A DNA stretch of 64,000 nt from Pristiophorus japonicus (taxonomy: Eukaryota), in the NCBI RefSeq assembly GCF_044704955.1, contig NC_091977.1, positions 523,280,001 to 523,344,000 on the forward strand. Reading direction: 5' to 3'. The notes below the pieces were generated by a model. That model had not been told where the DNA came from. It saw only the letters and a list, made by a program, of their open reading frames with translations, and ran no database searches. Below are positions 12,346 to 25,789 of the stretch, piece after piece; position 1 is the first letter of the stretch; the number at the start of each line of letters is the position of its first letter. A program made the translations under genes and the position numbers.

Positions 12346-13884
12346 ATTAGTGCTCCCACCCACCCTTTCCTTCAACGACTATCTGTGACAGGGACTGTGG
12401 TTCTCGTGTTGGACTGTTCAGCCACCAAAGGACTGACTTTTAGAGTGGAAGCAAGTCTTCGATTCCGAGGGACTGCCTATGATGATGACGGCGTGCTCGA
12501 TGTGGAGGGTCAAGTGTCAGGCCTGCCTTGCTCAGGGTTCTTCAGCCACCGGCTAAACGTACTCTTGCTGTGGAGCCAGAACACAAAGGTTCTTTCCCTC
12601 CCTCCCTCCCTCCCCCCACCCCCGACTACTCAGGTATCATGATAGCCCACTCCAACCCCCTTAAAAGGGCCACTATCAGCAAGGCAGACAACCCAAAATT
12701 GGATTCACCAGTCAGGCAATCTGCCTGGTGAGGTGCAACCTGCTTGCCCCAAGCCAGCAGACGAGGCCCAAGGATCCTTTGACTGCACTTGCTTATTGTG
12801 CAGCCCCAAGGCTAGGCTCAGAAATGGGCCGAGGCAAACTTTTACCCATATTTTAGTCTCAACTGCTGCAGAGACAAAAGGAAGAGTTTGGATAACAGAA
12901 ATGCAAAAACTGAGGTTTACAAACCAAAGAACATGAAACTAAAGTAAGATTTGTAAATTGAACTGCCGGTTACTACAGGCAGCGATGAATAAAAAGACAG
13001 AATTGCTACTTTAACTATGAATTTTGCAAATAAATTATCCAAAATATAAAAAGTTTGAATTCTCCACAGCTTAAAAATGTGCACTCTCTACAAACACTAA
13101 CATAGCTACCTGTCCCATGAAACCAATAAAAATCCACCACCAGTTTTATTTTGCATCATAAATATTTAATACGTCAGTTACATGTGGGAAAACATTTCAC
13201 TTAATTTAGTTACTGACTTGTGGCTTCGTCTACCCTACACTATTTAAATGGCAAATTGAATTGCATGTATTTTTAATGTGCATTAGAACAGTTTTCAAGC
13301 TAAGAGCATTAAAACACTGAGCACGCAGTAGACACTAAAATGAGATGACTTATGCTCAAGATTTAGCCTTGGCTACAATTGGGATTCTTCAAGTTTGCAA
13401 GTGTTTCTAGTGTCAGCAAGATCGCACGAAGGATAGGAAAATGGTTTGAGGAGCAGAACGAGTCATTCACTGGTCAAATGCAGCATCAAGGGGCTTGGTC
13501 AAGGACCGATATCAAAGATGTGGCGTTATGAATAAGCTCAACATGGTTACAAAAAAGGATGTGATATGGAGGGGCCGGGGAGGGAGAAGAGCAAATACTT
13601 GACAGAAAATAGTATTTTATTTTCTGTCACTTTTGCATCTTAGAATGTCATGAATAAAGCAAGGAAGGTAACCTGCTTCCCATGCCTCGGAGAATGTTAC
13701 ACTTAACACTTAATCTGGCTCAGGATGCTATTCGGTGATCTGATTTTTCTATACATCATTGTGATATATCGAATGACAACCGCTTTCAGAATATACATAG
13801 GGTGTTAGGATCTCAGGGTCTCCCACTACACCCCATGTACCCACAGGAAACCAAAATAGCAAATATTGTTATATCCGACAATTC

Positions 13885-14425
13885 TAGAGTACTGTGTACA
13901 GTTTTGGTCTCCTTATTTAAAGATATACTTGCATTGGAGGCAGTTCAGAGAAGGTTCACTAGGTTGATTCCTGAGATGAAGGGGTTGTCTTATGTAGAAA
14001 GGTTTAGCCTAAACTTATTGGAGTTTAGAAGAATGAGAGGTGATCTTATTGAAACATAAGATTCTGAGGGAGCTTGACGGGATAGATGCTGAGAGGATGT
14101 TTCCTCTTGTTAGGGAATCTAGAACTAGGGGGCAGGGTTTCAGAATAAGGGGTCGCCCATTTAAAATGGAGACGAGGAGGAATTTCTTCTTTGAGGGTTG
14201 TGAATCTGTGGAATTCTCTACCCCAGAGAGCTGTGGAGGCTGGGTCATTGAATATATTTAAGGTGGAGATAGATAGATTTTTGAACAATAGGGGAGTCAA
14301 GGGTTATGAAGAGCGGGCAAGAAAGTGGAGTTGAAGCCAAGATCAGATCAGCCATGATCTTATTGAATGGTAGAGCAGGCTCAAGGGGCCAAATGGCCTT
14401 ATCTTGCTCCTATTTCTTACGTCCT
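13885..14425 (+). mobile_element. CR1 LINE 3' end
   Basis: DILALEAVQRRFTRLIPEMKGLSY...RRMRGDLIET. Confidence 0.88.
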
Positions 14426-15937
14426 TTATTCCTTTAAATAGTCACTGAGCAACATCCTGAAAATGGTCTCGACTAATGAAAATATTCAAGTATTACTAAT
14501 TTATTTTGGGCTTCTGCAAAAGGAGAGAAGGTGGAAGGAAGACCTGATTTCTGTGCATTCTGGCACCCGAGCAATTATAAGGAAGAGATCGGGGGCCCGA
14601 CCAGTCAAATCTATTGTGAGGAATTTGCATATTGCAAACAGTAAATCACAAGTTTTTTTTTAAACTTTAGATAACCACAGCTCCACTTTGTGGCCACTGT
14701 GCAAAGAGCATTTACTAACCTGTGCAACCACTAAAAATGTTATACCACACAAGCAACTTAATTTAGATATGGTATACAGATTGAGTATTTTATCTAATCC
14801 TGATTTTCAGTTATGAGAAACAGGTTTTGCTGGAGGTCTCCAACTAGCATGTAGTTAAAGCCTTAAACTCACTGACAATTAACATACAGCGAGAAGAATT
14901 TATGGTAACTGGGGAACAAACACCCGGCATTCATTAGAATTTCCCTTGCCCATTTACTTTCCATGAGACTCTACACTGGAAGTTGTGGTGCTGTAAGTGG
15001 GGGATTGAGATGGCACCCTTTACAGGGCATCAGTGGTCTGTGTAAATACAGTCTGCAACTGTATCTCCTTAACCAATCAGATCGAAGTATTGTGAATTAA
15101 ACAGTGCAGAGTCTGAACCAGGAAGTGTAAGTTAGAATAATGAATGATGTCAAATCAGGTACAGAAAGCGACAGAGGGAACGATTAGATTGAAAAATTTA
15201 AATTAAAAAAAATTAAATTAGTAGCCAATTTATCATCCCTCGCTTTACTTAAATGTAAAACTTAGATTCGCTCTCAAACACACATTACAATCAAGCATTA
15301 AAAAAAAGTGATCATAACCCTTCACAAAAAGAAAACCATAGGCAGACCTAAACTCTGCAAGGCGAGGGTGTCTGGTATATTTTGGGCTTAGTGTTTTAAG
15401 AAAGGTTCCACATATTCAAACTCGATCAACACAGTTGACAGATGATGAGACTTGGGTCAAACAGAATGGAGAAAATCAAGCAGCAAAAGTTTGAATCACT
15501 GCACCAGCTTATATGCAGGCAATATTTTGCTTCAATTATAGAAATGTCATTTTCAATTTACCTTTTGAAACTGCTGAAAGTATGGTGTAATTTGAGGTAA
15601 TAAAGCTAGCAGAGGGAAAATGGAAGTAATTTGAAATATCTGCCTGCATCACACTGCTGTTTGTGGGAGCCTGCTGTGCGCAAATTGGCTGCCACGTTTC
15701 CTACATAACAAGTGTGATTACACACCAAAAGTACTTCATTGGCTGTAAAGCGCATTGGGACATCCTGAGGTCGTGAAAGGCGCTATATAAATGAAAGTCT
15801 GTCTTTTTTTCCTTTATGGCTCTTCAAAAGACCTGGTGAAGACTCGATGTGCTGTATTATTCTACTATTCCATAAGAGTCTCTTTATAGTTTGCCAATGT
15901 CTCAATCAAATTCTGTATAGTTTACTGCAGAAACAAT

Positions 15938-16404
15938 ACATAGAAACATAGAAAAATAGGTGCAGGAGTAGGCCATTCGGCCCTTCTAGCCTGCACCACC
16001 ATTCAATGAGTTCATGGCTGAACATGCAACTTCAGTACCCCATTCCTGCTTTCTCGCCATACCCCTTGATCCCCCCCGAGTAGTAAGGACTTCATCTAAC
16101 TCCCTTTTGAATATATTTAGTGAATTGGCCTCAACTACTTTCTGTGGTAGAGAATTCCACAGGTTCACCTCTGGGTGAAGAAGTTTCTCCTCATCTCAGT
16201 CCTAAATGGCTTACCCCTTATCCTTAGACTGTGACCCCTGGTTCTGGACTTCCCCAACATTGGGAACATTCTTCCTGCATCGAACCTGTCTAAACCTGTC
16301 AGAATTTTAAACGTTTCTATGAGGTCCCTTCTCATTCTTCTGAACTCCAGCGAATACAAGCCCAGTTGATCCAGTCTTTCTTGATATATCAGTCCCACCA
16401 TCCC
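15938..16404 (-). mobile_element. CR1 LINE 3' end with (catagaaa)n tail
   Basis: ERLDQLGLYSLEFRRMRRDLIETFKIL...SRTRGHSL. Confidence 0.9.
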
Positions 16405-16827
16405 GTCAATTGCTGTCAGTTATTGCTGTTGATATAATCTGTACCTGTAGTTTTAGATGGACTCATTAACTGGTATTAGAAAGGACAATGGTTTCAAAAT
16501 GAAAGCTACAGAAATCCTATCCTTTGGCTTGTGCGCACCTAATAAAGTGCTGATAACTGACCGGTACAACATGGGGCAGAAAGATTATATGGGTAGGATC
16601 CACATCTCCAAAATAACAGAACTTTGTCCTTAATCACCTGGCCCATAATCAACCTGAACTTACTTCTGGAAAAGACAATGGAAAAACTCCACTTTTTTTG
16701 ATTGTTAATAGCTGTACTTGAGGCAATTATTTGAAGTTGCATCATCTGTGGGATTATTTTCTGCTTGATTAAAACATAGGAATTATCTCAAAAGCCATGC
16801 GAACAATATTAAATTTACAGTACTAAC

Positions 16828-16833
16828 TTTATT
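16828..16833 (-). terminator. Likely CEP192 polyadenylation signal (AATAAA)
   Basis: tttatt on the + strand, about 400 nt downstream of the stop after an AT-rich UTR-like stretch. Confidence 0.55.
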
Positions 16834-17233
16834 TCAAATATACATCATAAAAGAGCTGCTCCAATGTGTACAAAATGGCCACAAAAATAAAGCTTGTGCA
16901 AAATAATTCAAGTGATACAATACTGAAGGAAAGGGCAGAAACGTGTAGTTCCCTGCCACAACAAGCTAGGATTTTGTATTTAGTATAGTACAAATGTCCA
17001 CTATAATACTTTCCCTCCTTTTCAAGAGTAACTGTGCTGATGTTAAATCAAAATGGCACCAGTGTATAAATATCGTAATTTACAGAATACGTAATTTAAA
17101 AAAATTGTACACAAAAGGTGCATTTTCAAATTGTTGTGGTAAGATTTCTACATAATGCGGTTGCGAGTGTAACTTCTTGTCCTCTTCAGGGTAGATCTCG
17201 AAGTTCAATCAGGCACTTCATTTGACAAAGCAG

Positions 17234-17381
17234 TTATGTTTTGCTCACTTTTGTAACAGCTTCACCAGTAAGTCGAATAGGGAGACTTCCACATGCATCT
17301 GTTTGTACCACGAGCAGAGCCTCGAATCTGCCGCCTGACTCTGGTTTGAACTGGACGGGTAGATTGATGTAGTGTTGAGCA
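17234..17381 (-). CDS. CEP192: CEP192 terminal coding exon (AQHYINLPVQFKPESGGRFEALLVVQTDACGSLPIRLTGEAVTKVSKT*)
   Basis: Resembles the CEP192 C-terminus AQHYINMPVQFKP...GKFEALLVIQTD; tttag acceptor; TAA at 17234-17236. Confidence 0.95.
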
Positions 17382-17577
17382 CTAAACAAAAAAAAATAAA
17401 TACATCAAATGAAAGGAAATTGTACAAAACTTGAGTCAACTTTTCTCCAGTAACAAAATCCAAGTACAGGGGTACTTGTCCATTCCTATTATAAGGCTTG
17501 CACTAAAATTGCATCTTTTAAGAAGGGAGAGATTAGCAGCAGCAGCCACATTTCTTTCATTGGGTAGTTTTAGGTAG

Positions 17578-18010
17578 TGTCAGCTGACTCAGTGGGTAGC
17601 CCGAGCCAGAAGGTTGTGGATTCAAGTCCCACACCAGAGTCTGGAGCACAAAATATAAGCTGACACTCAAGTGCAGTGCTGAGGGGAGTGCTGCACAGTC
17701 GGAGGTGCCGTCTTTCGAATGGGATGTTAAACTGAGGCCTCGACTGCTCTCAGGTGAAAGATCCCATGGCACTATTTCGAAGAGCAACAAGGGAGTTATT
17801 CCCAGTGTCCTGGCCAATATATATCCCTCAAACATCACCACTTTTATAAAAAAAAAATTCTTTGGTCATTATCACATTGCTGCTGCCGCATTTTCTATAT
17901 TATAACAGTGACTACATTCTTTTTAAAAAAAAGTACTTCATTAGCTGTATATCGCTTTGGGACATCCAGTGGTTGTGAAAGGCGTTCTATAAATGCAAGT
18001 CTTTCTTTTA
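17578..18010 (+). mobile_element. DeuSINE (SacSINE1-like), near full length
   Basis: ctcagtgggtagc...ggattcaagtcccac head, Deu domain, tail ctataaatgcaagtctttc. Confidence 0.8.
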
Positions 18011-18169
18011 AACTTGATTTTGGAATGGAAATGGGATAGAAGAAACAGCCAGCATATTAAATAGCATTGAAACCCATTTAAGGCCCAAGTGCAAATTTAG
18101 AATCCTAGAAGAAGCCCATTTGGCTCAGCGGGTACCAGCTCTTTGCTTGGACAATCCAAAACTAAGCTC

Positions 18170-18885
18170 GGTGACAAGAAGCTGGGAACTGTGGAGGAGC
18201 GGAGAGATTTTAGGGGTCCAAGTATAGAAATCACTAACAGCTAGTAGATAGGTACAACATTTTTTTTTTAAAAAAGGCCAAGGGAATGTTGGCATTTATC
18301 TCAAAAGAGACTGGAATTCAAAGGGGTAGAAGTTATGCTATGGTTATATAAAGCTCTGGTTAGACCCCACCTGGAGCACTGTGTTCAGTTCTGGGCATCG
18401 CACTCCAGGGAGGAGATATTGGCCTTGAAGGGGGTGTAGTGCAGATTCATCAGAATGATACTGGGGCTAAAAGGGTTAAATTATGAGGACAGGTTGCATA
18501 GACTGGGCTTGAATTCCCTTGACTATAGAAGATTAAGAGGTGATCTAATTGAGGTGTTCAAGATGATTGAAGGAATTGATAGTGTAGGTAGCAAGAATCC
18601 GTTTGCTCTGATTTTGAGGGGGTGGGGGTTGTCCAGAACAAGGGGGGAAAGCATTTCTTCACACAGTGGAAATCAGGAACATTTCCTCTCCACTCCCCCA
18701 CACAACAAAAGCTGTGGGCTGGGTATCAATTGATTGTCAAAACTGTGATCGATAGATTTGTTAGGCAAGGGTATTAAGGGTTTACAAAACCAAGGCAAAT
18801 AGAGTTAAGATACAGGTCAGCCACAATCTAATTGAATGGCAAACAGGCTTGAGGGCTGAATCGCCTACTCCTATTCCTAGGTTCC
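18170..18885 (+). mobile_element. CR1 LINE 3' fragment
   Basis: LNYEDRLHRLGL...RRLRGDLIEVFKM. Confidence 0.85.
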
Positions 18886-20000
18886 TGTGCTCTACCCAAA
18901 GCTCCATTTTCCTCTTCAAATATATATCCAATTTCACTTCCCAATTCATGGGTAGAGTTGGTTCACCAAATAAAACACTTCATTACGGGGCGGGCGGGTA
19001 TATTAGCCACATTATTCTGTCTGTGATGAAGGAAGCAGCTTGGCAAGACCAGGGATAGGACTGGGAAAGAATCTACTGATTGGGAAGTCATTTGTCAATG
19101 GTACAGCACAATTGAAAATCTGCTAAAAGCCCAAATTTAAGATTGCAGTGAAGATGTAATTCATCATCTGGGGCATAGATGGAAGATTATGGAGGACTGA
19201 GGCAGGAACGAATAAACGCACATTTATATAGTGCCTTTCAAGTCCTCAAGGTGGCACAAATCACTTCTTCACAGCCAAATTAATTACTTTTGAAGTGCAA
19301 TCACTGTTTTGTAGGCAAACCCTTGGAGGAGTTACACTGACCAAAGGAGATCACAAATCCAATCCCTGACCAGTGCCATTAGCTAATCACACCTGGGGAT
19401 TTGGTAAAGGTGTTACATTTGGCTTCAGCACCCTGAGAGAAAGGCAATCGGTCAGAAACCTGGAGATATTGGATGAGCAAAGAATCAGGCTCCGCTGTAG
19501 GTTTCCCCCCAACCCCACCTTTTCCGGGATTGAAAGTCACCAACACATACATATTTTGTCACAATCATCAATTTCAGTGCAATACAGGTTCCCTTTAAGC
19601 TCTATTCAGCATAATTTTGACCATCAGGATTGTGCAATCAAATTTCAAATGTTCAAAGTTGTCCTTTCACTATAGTATTCTTCATTCATTTTGGCCGTGT
19701 TCCATTTTGATTTTCTCAATCTCTCAATAGCTTTCAATGAATAATGCACATGCACAAACAAAATTACCATTGTTTATTATACACCACCTCGAAAGAAGCT
19801 ATATTCTTCTCTACAGTGAGGTACAGGAAGATGCTGAGACTCGCAGCATAATCACAAGGGACAGGAACAAACTTTAGGATCCAAATCCCTCGTACAACAA
19901 TGCAAACAATCGTGAGGTTTGAATCTTAGTATGCTCATTAATTCCATTCTCAAGGGTCTGCCTCTTTATTGCTTCATTTTTTGTTAAATTGACCACTCAC

Positions 20001-20059
20001 CGCAATGAATAATTGGAATGCTTGATATAAAATGGCTCCCTGGGATTTACAAACTTCAG
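20001..20059 (-). CDS. CEP192: CEP192 penultimate exon (LKFVNPREPFYIKHSNYSLR)
   Basis: Resembles LKFLSPREPFYVKHSKYSLR; ttgcag acceptor, GTGAGT donor. Confidence 0.95.
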
Positions 20060-20589
20060 CTGCAAATCAACACAAGCATTAGTACAGGTACAAGCAAATA
20101 CAAACACATGCTCATTACAAAATACTTGCTTTGTTAAGTTACAGTTTACATCGTCAGCAATGGTCTCAAACAAGAAATCTGAAGAGATCTGACCACTATT
20201 TTAGTTTACAGCATGAGGCAAAGTTGATATTAAAGTCACATGCATCACTTCAAATGATCAATATTAAATGACATGTTTTAACGATTTCATTGATTTTTCC
20301 TTCCTAGATCACTTACTATGTGCAAAAGGTTCATAAATAGAAACATGGATTATATGGGGGGGGGGGGGGGAAATCAGAGACTAAGCCAAACTTAGTGGGT
20401 TTCAACATAATCTTCAACTAGTCCCAGTAGTTTTATGCACTATGCAAAACTGCGATAAAGAGTATAGTTAAAAAATTATTGTAAAAATGCATACTATTTT
20501 TACAAACTGCATTATAACAAGTAATAAACAAAGGACAAGAAGCACAAGTGTTACTGTTAAATCAATAACAAGTGAATACCCATCCTACA

Positions 20590-21090
20590 TTACCAGCACC
20601 TGATGTTCAAGAGAAAATGGGAGCTGTGCTTCAGGTCTGAAGTTGTTAAAGTCAATCTCAAGGCTGGAGAACTGTAAAAGGGCTAGGAAGCTGCTGTTCC
20701 TTGAGTTTGCGTTGAACTTCATTTGAACAGTGGAGGAAGCCAAGGACAGGAAATTAAAGTGGCAAACGATTGCAGTAGATAGGACCCTTGACTGCATCCA
20801 TCCCATTTCCCACGCCTGACTTTACCCATTCTTCTTCCTCCAAAAAGCACGATAGTGTCTCCCTTGCATCTCACTAGACTCCTCCATTTCTGCAATCTCC
20901 AAAGTGATCTCACCAGCAAACACATCTTCTCCTCGTTCCAGCATTCTGAAGTGACTGTTTGCCCAGTGACACACCCGGTCCACTCCGAACAACTGTGCCC
21001 TTTCCAGGGATCCTTCCCATACAAGTGCAAGAGATACAAGAAAGACATTTTCCAGTTCCGACGAATGCTCATCTACCTTTCCCCTGCCAC
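20590..21090. mobile_element. Penelope-like element remnant
   Basis: Minus-strand ...LQFSSLEIDFNNF resembles the Penelope GIY-YIG C-terminus; related to 51900-52100. Confidence 0.55.
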
Positions 21091-21368
21091 AGATGCTACC
21101 ATATGGCTAGTAGAGTGCATTATCAGAATGAATCATGTTGCAACTCAAGCTGTTTTCCGTGATGAAGGAGGAAAAACTGAAATTTGACCATGCTCTCAGC
21201 ACTAAATATCTGTTATTGCAAAAAAACATGCCTCACTTGAAGGGCTAAGTACAGACAGTAATGCAAAAACAAAATTGACAAAATCTTTTTTCTGGTCGTT
21301 CAAGCTTGTGTTAAAATAGAACAGATGCCTTTTTTTCCCATATATTCATTCCAGCCATTCCCTCTATA

Positions 21369-22428
21369 GGCTTCAAGTTTCCACATGATTTGCTCCTGAT
21401 TTTTAGGAGCAACTGGTGTAGAACGGAGTATCTTAGAAATCGGAATTCTCGTCATTTAGTTTGCTCCAGTTCTAGTCAGTTAGAACAGTTTCACTTTGGA
21501 ACAGAATTTTTTTTTCAAAAGGGGGCGTGTCCGGCCACTTACGCCTGTTTTCAAAGTTTCGTCAGTGAAAACTTACTCCAAACTAACTTAGAATGGAGTA
21601 AATGAAGATTTTTGTACGCTCGAAAAAACCTTGTCTACACTTTCGAAAATCAGGCGTAGGGAATGGTGGGGGGGGGGGGGTTGTTTAAAGGGAAGTTTAC
21701 AAACATTAAACACTTCAGTTTTACAAATAAAGAGCCATCAATAATAAATGATAAATACATCAATAAATCAACCAATAAATTTAAAAAAAAAACAATAAAT
21801 AAAACATTTTCTACTTACCGACTGCAGCACCGGGAGCCCTCCAACAGCGTGCTGGGATGCCCCCCCCCCCCAGTGTGTCTCTGTCTGTGTCTCTATCTCT
21901 CTGTCTGTCTGTGTGTTTCTGACGGGGGGAAAAGGGGAAAGGAGATGGGTGGGGGGGGAAAAAAAGAGAAAGGAGATGGGGGGGGGGGGGGGGGGAAAGA
22001 GAAAGGAGAATGGGGGGGGGGGCGGGAGTCGGGTCGGGTCCGGAGGTTGGGGGGAGCGGGAGTCGGGTCGGTGTCGGGAGGAAGCAGGAGCTGGCCGTGG
22101 GAGGAGCCTTATTCACGCAGCCCCAGTGAGGCCATTCAGCCAGGGCTAGGGACTGCGTGCTTCGGGCCCCTCCCACACAGTTGCGGGCGCCTGGAGCTAC
22201 TGCACTTGCGAGCCCACTGTAGCGCACATGTGCGGAGGTCCCGGCACTGTTTTCAGCGCAGGGACCTGGCTCCGCCCCCTACAGCTCCTGCTGCGCTGCG
22301 CCGAGGGCCAGAGGACCTGCAGGGAGGTGGAGAATACGGAGTTTTTTTTTAGGCGCACTTTGTGGCACGAAAAACGGGCGTCCAGGTCGGGACTGTGCCG
22401 TTCTAGGCGCGGCTCGAAACTTGGGCCC
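21369..22428 (+). mobile_element. Harbinger/PIF-like non-autonomous TIR element
   Basis: Left end ggcttcaagtttccacatgat, right end gaaacttgggccc; first ~300 nt near-identical to 36609-36900. Confidence 0.75.
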
Positions 22429-23984
22429 ATTGTAACTATATGCTGGAATATAATTCAGTAGAGACCAAAGCCTGAGAAAGGGCAGCCTACAGAAGTCAGA
22501 AATTTGGACATACAAAAAAAGCTGAAACAGCCCCCAAAATTTCAACAATTCATAAGTGTACAACTAAAAAGTGTACAGTTCTCTGAATCAGAGTGTGACT
22601 AAGACCTCTGGTTAAAGGCGACTGATCAAGTTAAATTCCTTTTCAGTACATTAGATTTAAGCTGATCTGCATGTGGCACTCTTCTGTATCTAGTGTCATG
22701 TATTTCTGGTCTGCATGGAGACAAGATTCTAAGACTGTAGTTGTGCCTTCCTGATCCTATAATGCACTTGAAGTTGATCAGTGACCCTTGCACGTTAACA
22801 GTCGTTCCCTAAAAGCAGATAGGTTGAGGAGTTTGATGCAAAAGCAGTTCCATGCATCAGCATGCTCATGTCATGACACTCTTGTGCGCCACAATGCAAA
22901 CACAATGATGTGCTGTAGCAGCTCAACACATTTAGCAGGCCAGAGGAAGAGGCATGTGACAGCAGAACAAGACCCCCAACAAAAATCATGGTTGTTCAGT
23001 AAAGTTTTAAAAAAATCCCACAAAAATTCAATGAGTGCAGATCTCAAGTCTTTTGTTCTCAAAGCAGTTGAAGTCATTGCTTGGAAATGCTTGTGTTCGA
23101 TTGGAGATTCAAGAGCGATGGGCTGATCATTGTGTATATCTCGTCACACCTAGCTATTAACATTTACCTTGAAGTATGTAACAGTTAGTATCAGCTGCAC
23201 AAATCAACATACTTTCTGCTCTAATGCACATCTGCATAACCTGCTTGTATTCAGATGTGTAATAATTGTAGTGTGTTTCTAAATTAAATTCTACAGTTTG
23301 ATTGAAAACCTACTTGGGCCATAGGCGTTATGCCCCAGAGGAATTGGCTTAGTGTACAGGGGAAGGGAGGGATGCGGCAGAGGCAGCTGAATCTTAATGA
23401 CAAAGAAATCCACAAATTCCTCACGGTGAGGGTGGTAGGGGCAAGGGTTGAAGGAGACGGTATCTGGAGAAAAGAAACTGGCAGTATCTTCCCATTTCAG
23501 AATGATCCTGGAGTAGCGAGCAGTTTTGGCAAGGGGGACTAGGACTCACTGGTGGCCCAACCCGATCTGGCGATGAATGGCTAAACCAGTTGTGCGTCGT
23601 AAAAATGTTCAAATCTGTGTCCCTTGGACGTAAGGGAGTGAAGATGGGGGGCTGTACCAAGAGGAATGACCAGTGTGGGAGAGAATAAGGTTTTTACGAC
23701 AGACAAGAGCATAAAAAAAAAAAGAGGTGGTGGTGAAGGTGTGAGTAAGGAGATCCGTAGTTGCAGAAGTATCAAAGTAAAGAGAGAATTAAAGACTAGA
23801 CAGTCGGGAGTTTCAAAGTGTCATTTTAAGTGGGACAGTTTTAAAAAAAAAAATGTTGTCGTCTAACCAGAGGAGTTGTTTCACAAATTGAGACAAACCC
23901 AGTTATCTACAGTAGTTCAAATACGAGGTAAAGAATGACACTGCGATTCTGGTAGGTCAGCATTATCTGGTCTGTTTTAGCATA

Positions 23985-24985
23985 CAAGTAGGCCAGTTGG
24001 CTCTTCAAGCCTGTTCCTCCATTCAATAAGATCGTGGCCAATCTTCTACCTCAACTCCACTTTCCTGCACTGTACCCATATCCCTGGATTCCATTAAATC
24101 TATCGGCCTCTGACTTGAATATAGTCAACAACTGAGCCCCCACAGTCCTCTGGGGGAAGAGCATTCCAAAAATTCACCAACCTCGGAGCAAAGAAATTTC
24201 AGTCTTAAATGGCTGACCCCTTATTCCGAGTCGGTGACCCTGGTTCTAGACTCCCCAGCCACGGAGAACATCCTCCCTGCATCTACCCTGTAAGAATGTT
24301 GTATGTTTCAATGAGATCACCTCTAATTCTTCTAAACACTAGAGAATGTAGGCCTAGTCTACACAATCTCTCCTCATAGGACAATCCCCCCATTCCAGGA
24401 ATGAGTCTGGTGAACCTTCATTGCACTCCCTCTATGGCAAGTATATCCTTCCTTTAGGAGACCAAAACTGTACTCCAGGTGTGGTCTCACTAGGGCACCA
24501 TACAATTGCAGCAAGATGTCTTTACTCTTATACTCAAATCGTCTTGTAATAAAGGCCAACATACCATTTGCTTTCCTAATTGCTTGCTGTACCTGCATGT
24601 TAACTTTGTGATGTGTACAAGGACACCCAGGTCCCTCTGAACACCAACATTTCCCAATCTCTTGCCATTTAGAAAATATTCTGCTTTTCTATTTTTCCTA
24701 CCAAAGTGGATAACCACATTTCTCCACATTATATTCCATTTGCCATGTTCTTGCCCATTCACTTAGTCTGACTAGTGAAGCCCCCTTGAAGCCTCTTTGC
24801 ATCCTCCTCACAACTTACAAAGCTAGGTGGGAGTGTATCATCAGCAAACTTGGATATATTACACTTGGTTCCCTCATCCATATCATTGATATAGATTGTA
24901 AATAGCCAAGGCCCAAGCACTGATCCTTGTGGTACCACACTAGTTACAGCCTGCCAACCCAAAAATGATCCATTTATTCCTAGGA
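23985..24985 (-). mobile_element. CR1 LINE RT / 3' fragment
   Basis: VPQGSVLGP.LFTIYIND...ISKFADDT RT motifs. Confidence 0.9.
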
Positions 24986-25339
24986 AAGGAAGTGCAGGAG
25001 TTGCGAAGCTTGGGAATTATACCTGTCACAATGATGCCTGGAGGCTGTGCATCAATTCTCAAAAAGGATCAGATTCTCTGGATTATTGGAAGTGAAATCC
25101 AAAAGTAGGAAGATACATTCCCTATAACGCTCAGATACTGCAGAAGCAATTCAAGTTGAAATTCATTTCAAGTATATATCCCAGATGTGTCAAAAGAATC
25201 TTAAACCTAGGAGAAATTACTCCGTATTCAATCTTCCAAAAAATCTAATATTTTACAACTTTTGAGGAAAGAGGGACATAGGAAAAATAATTTATACAAG
25301 GCTTTATGTCCTCAGGGTTTCTTAAAGCACTTCATAATA

Positions 25340-25775
25340 TGGTAGCATTGTGGTTGTTACTGGACCAGTAATCCAGAGACAGGAGTTCAAATCCCACCAT
25401 AGCAGCTGGGGAATTTAAATTCAATTAAATAAATTTCAAATAAAAAGCTAGTATCAGTAATGGTGACCACGCAACTACCGGATTGTTGTAAAAAAAACCC
25501 ATCTGGTTTACTAATGTCTTTTAGGGAAAGAAATCTGGAGTCCTTAATCGGTCTGGCCTATCATAGGCAGTCCCTTGAAATGAGGATGACTTGCTTCCAC
25601 GCCAAAAAAAGGATGATATAACAATGTGGTTGACTCTTAACTGCCCTCTGAAATGGCCCAGCAAGCCACTCAGTTGTATTCAAGGTGGCGGCTCATCACC
25701 ACCTTCGCAAGAGCAATTAGGGATGGGCAATAAATGCTGGCCTTGCCAGTGATGTACACATACCATGAATGAATT
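25340..25775 (+). mobile_element. tRNA-derived SINE (same family as 2895) with a short RTE-tail insert near 25560-25615
   Basis: Direct similarity to 2895-3705. Confidence 0.75.
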
Positions 25776-25789
25776 TTAAAGAATGACTT

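Noticed and set aside
17578-17640. tRNA-like sequence
   Set aside because: It is a SINE head continuing into the Deu domain, not a tRNA gene.
21663-22352. 229-aa Gly-rich ORF and overlapping ORFs
   Set aside because: They lie inside a GC-rich non-autonomous TIR element with G-runs; low complexity and no domain signal.
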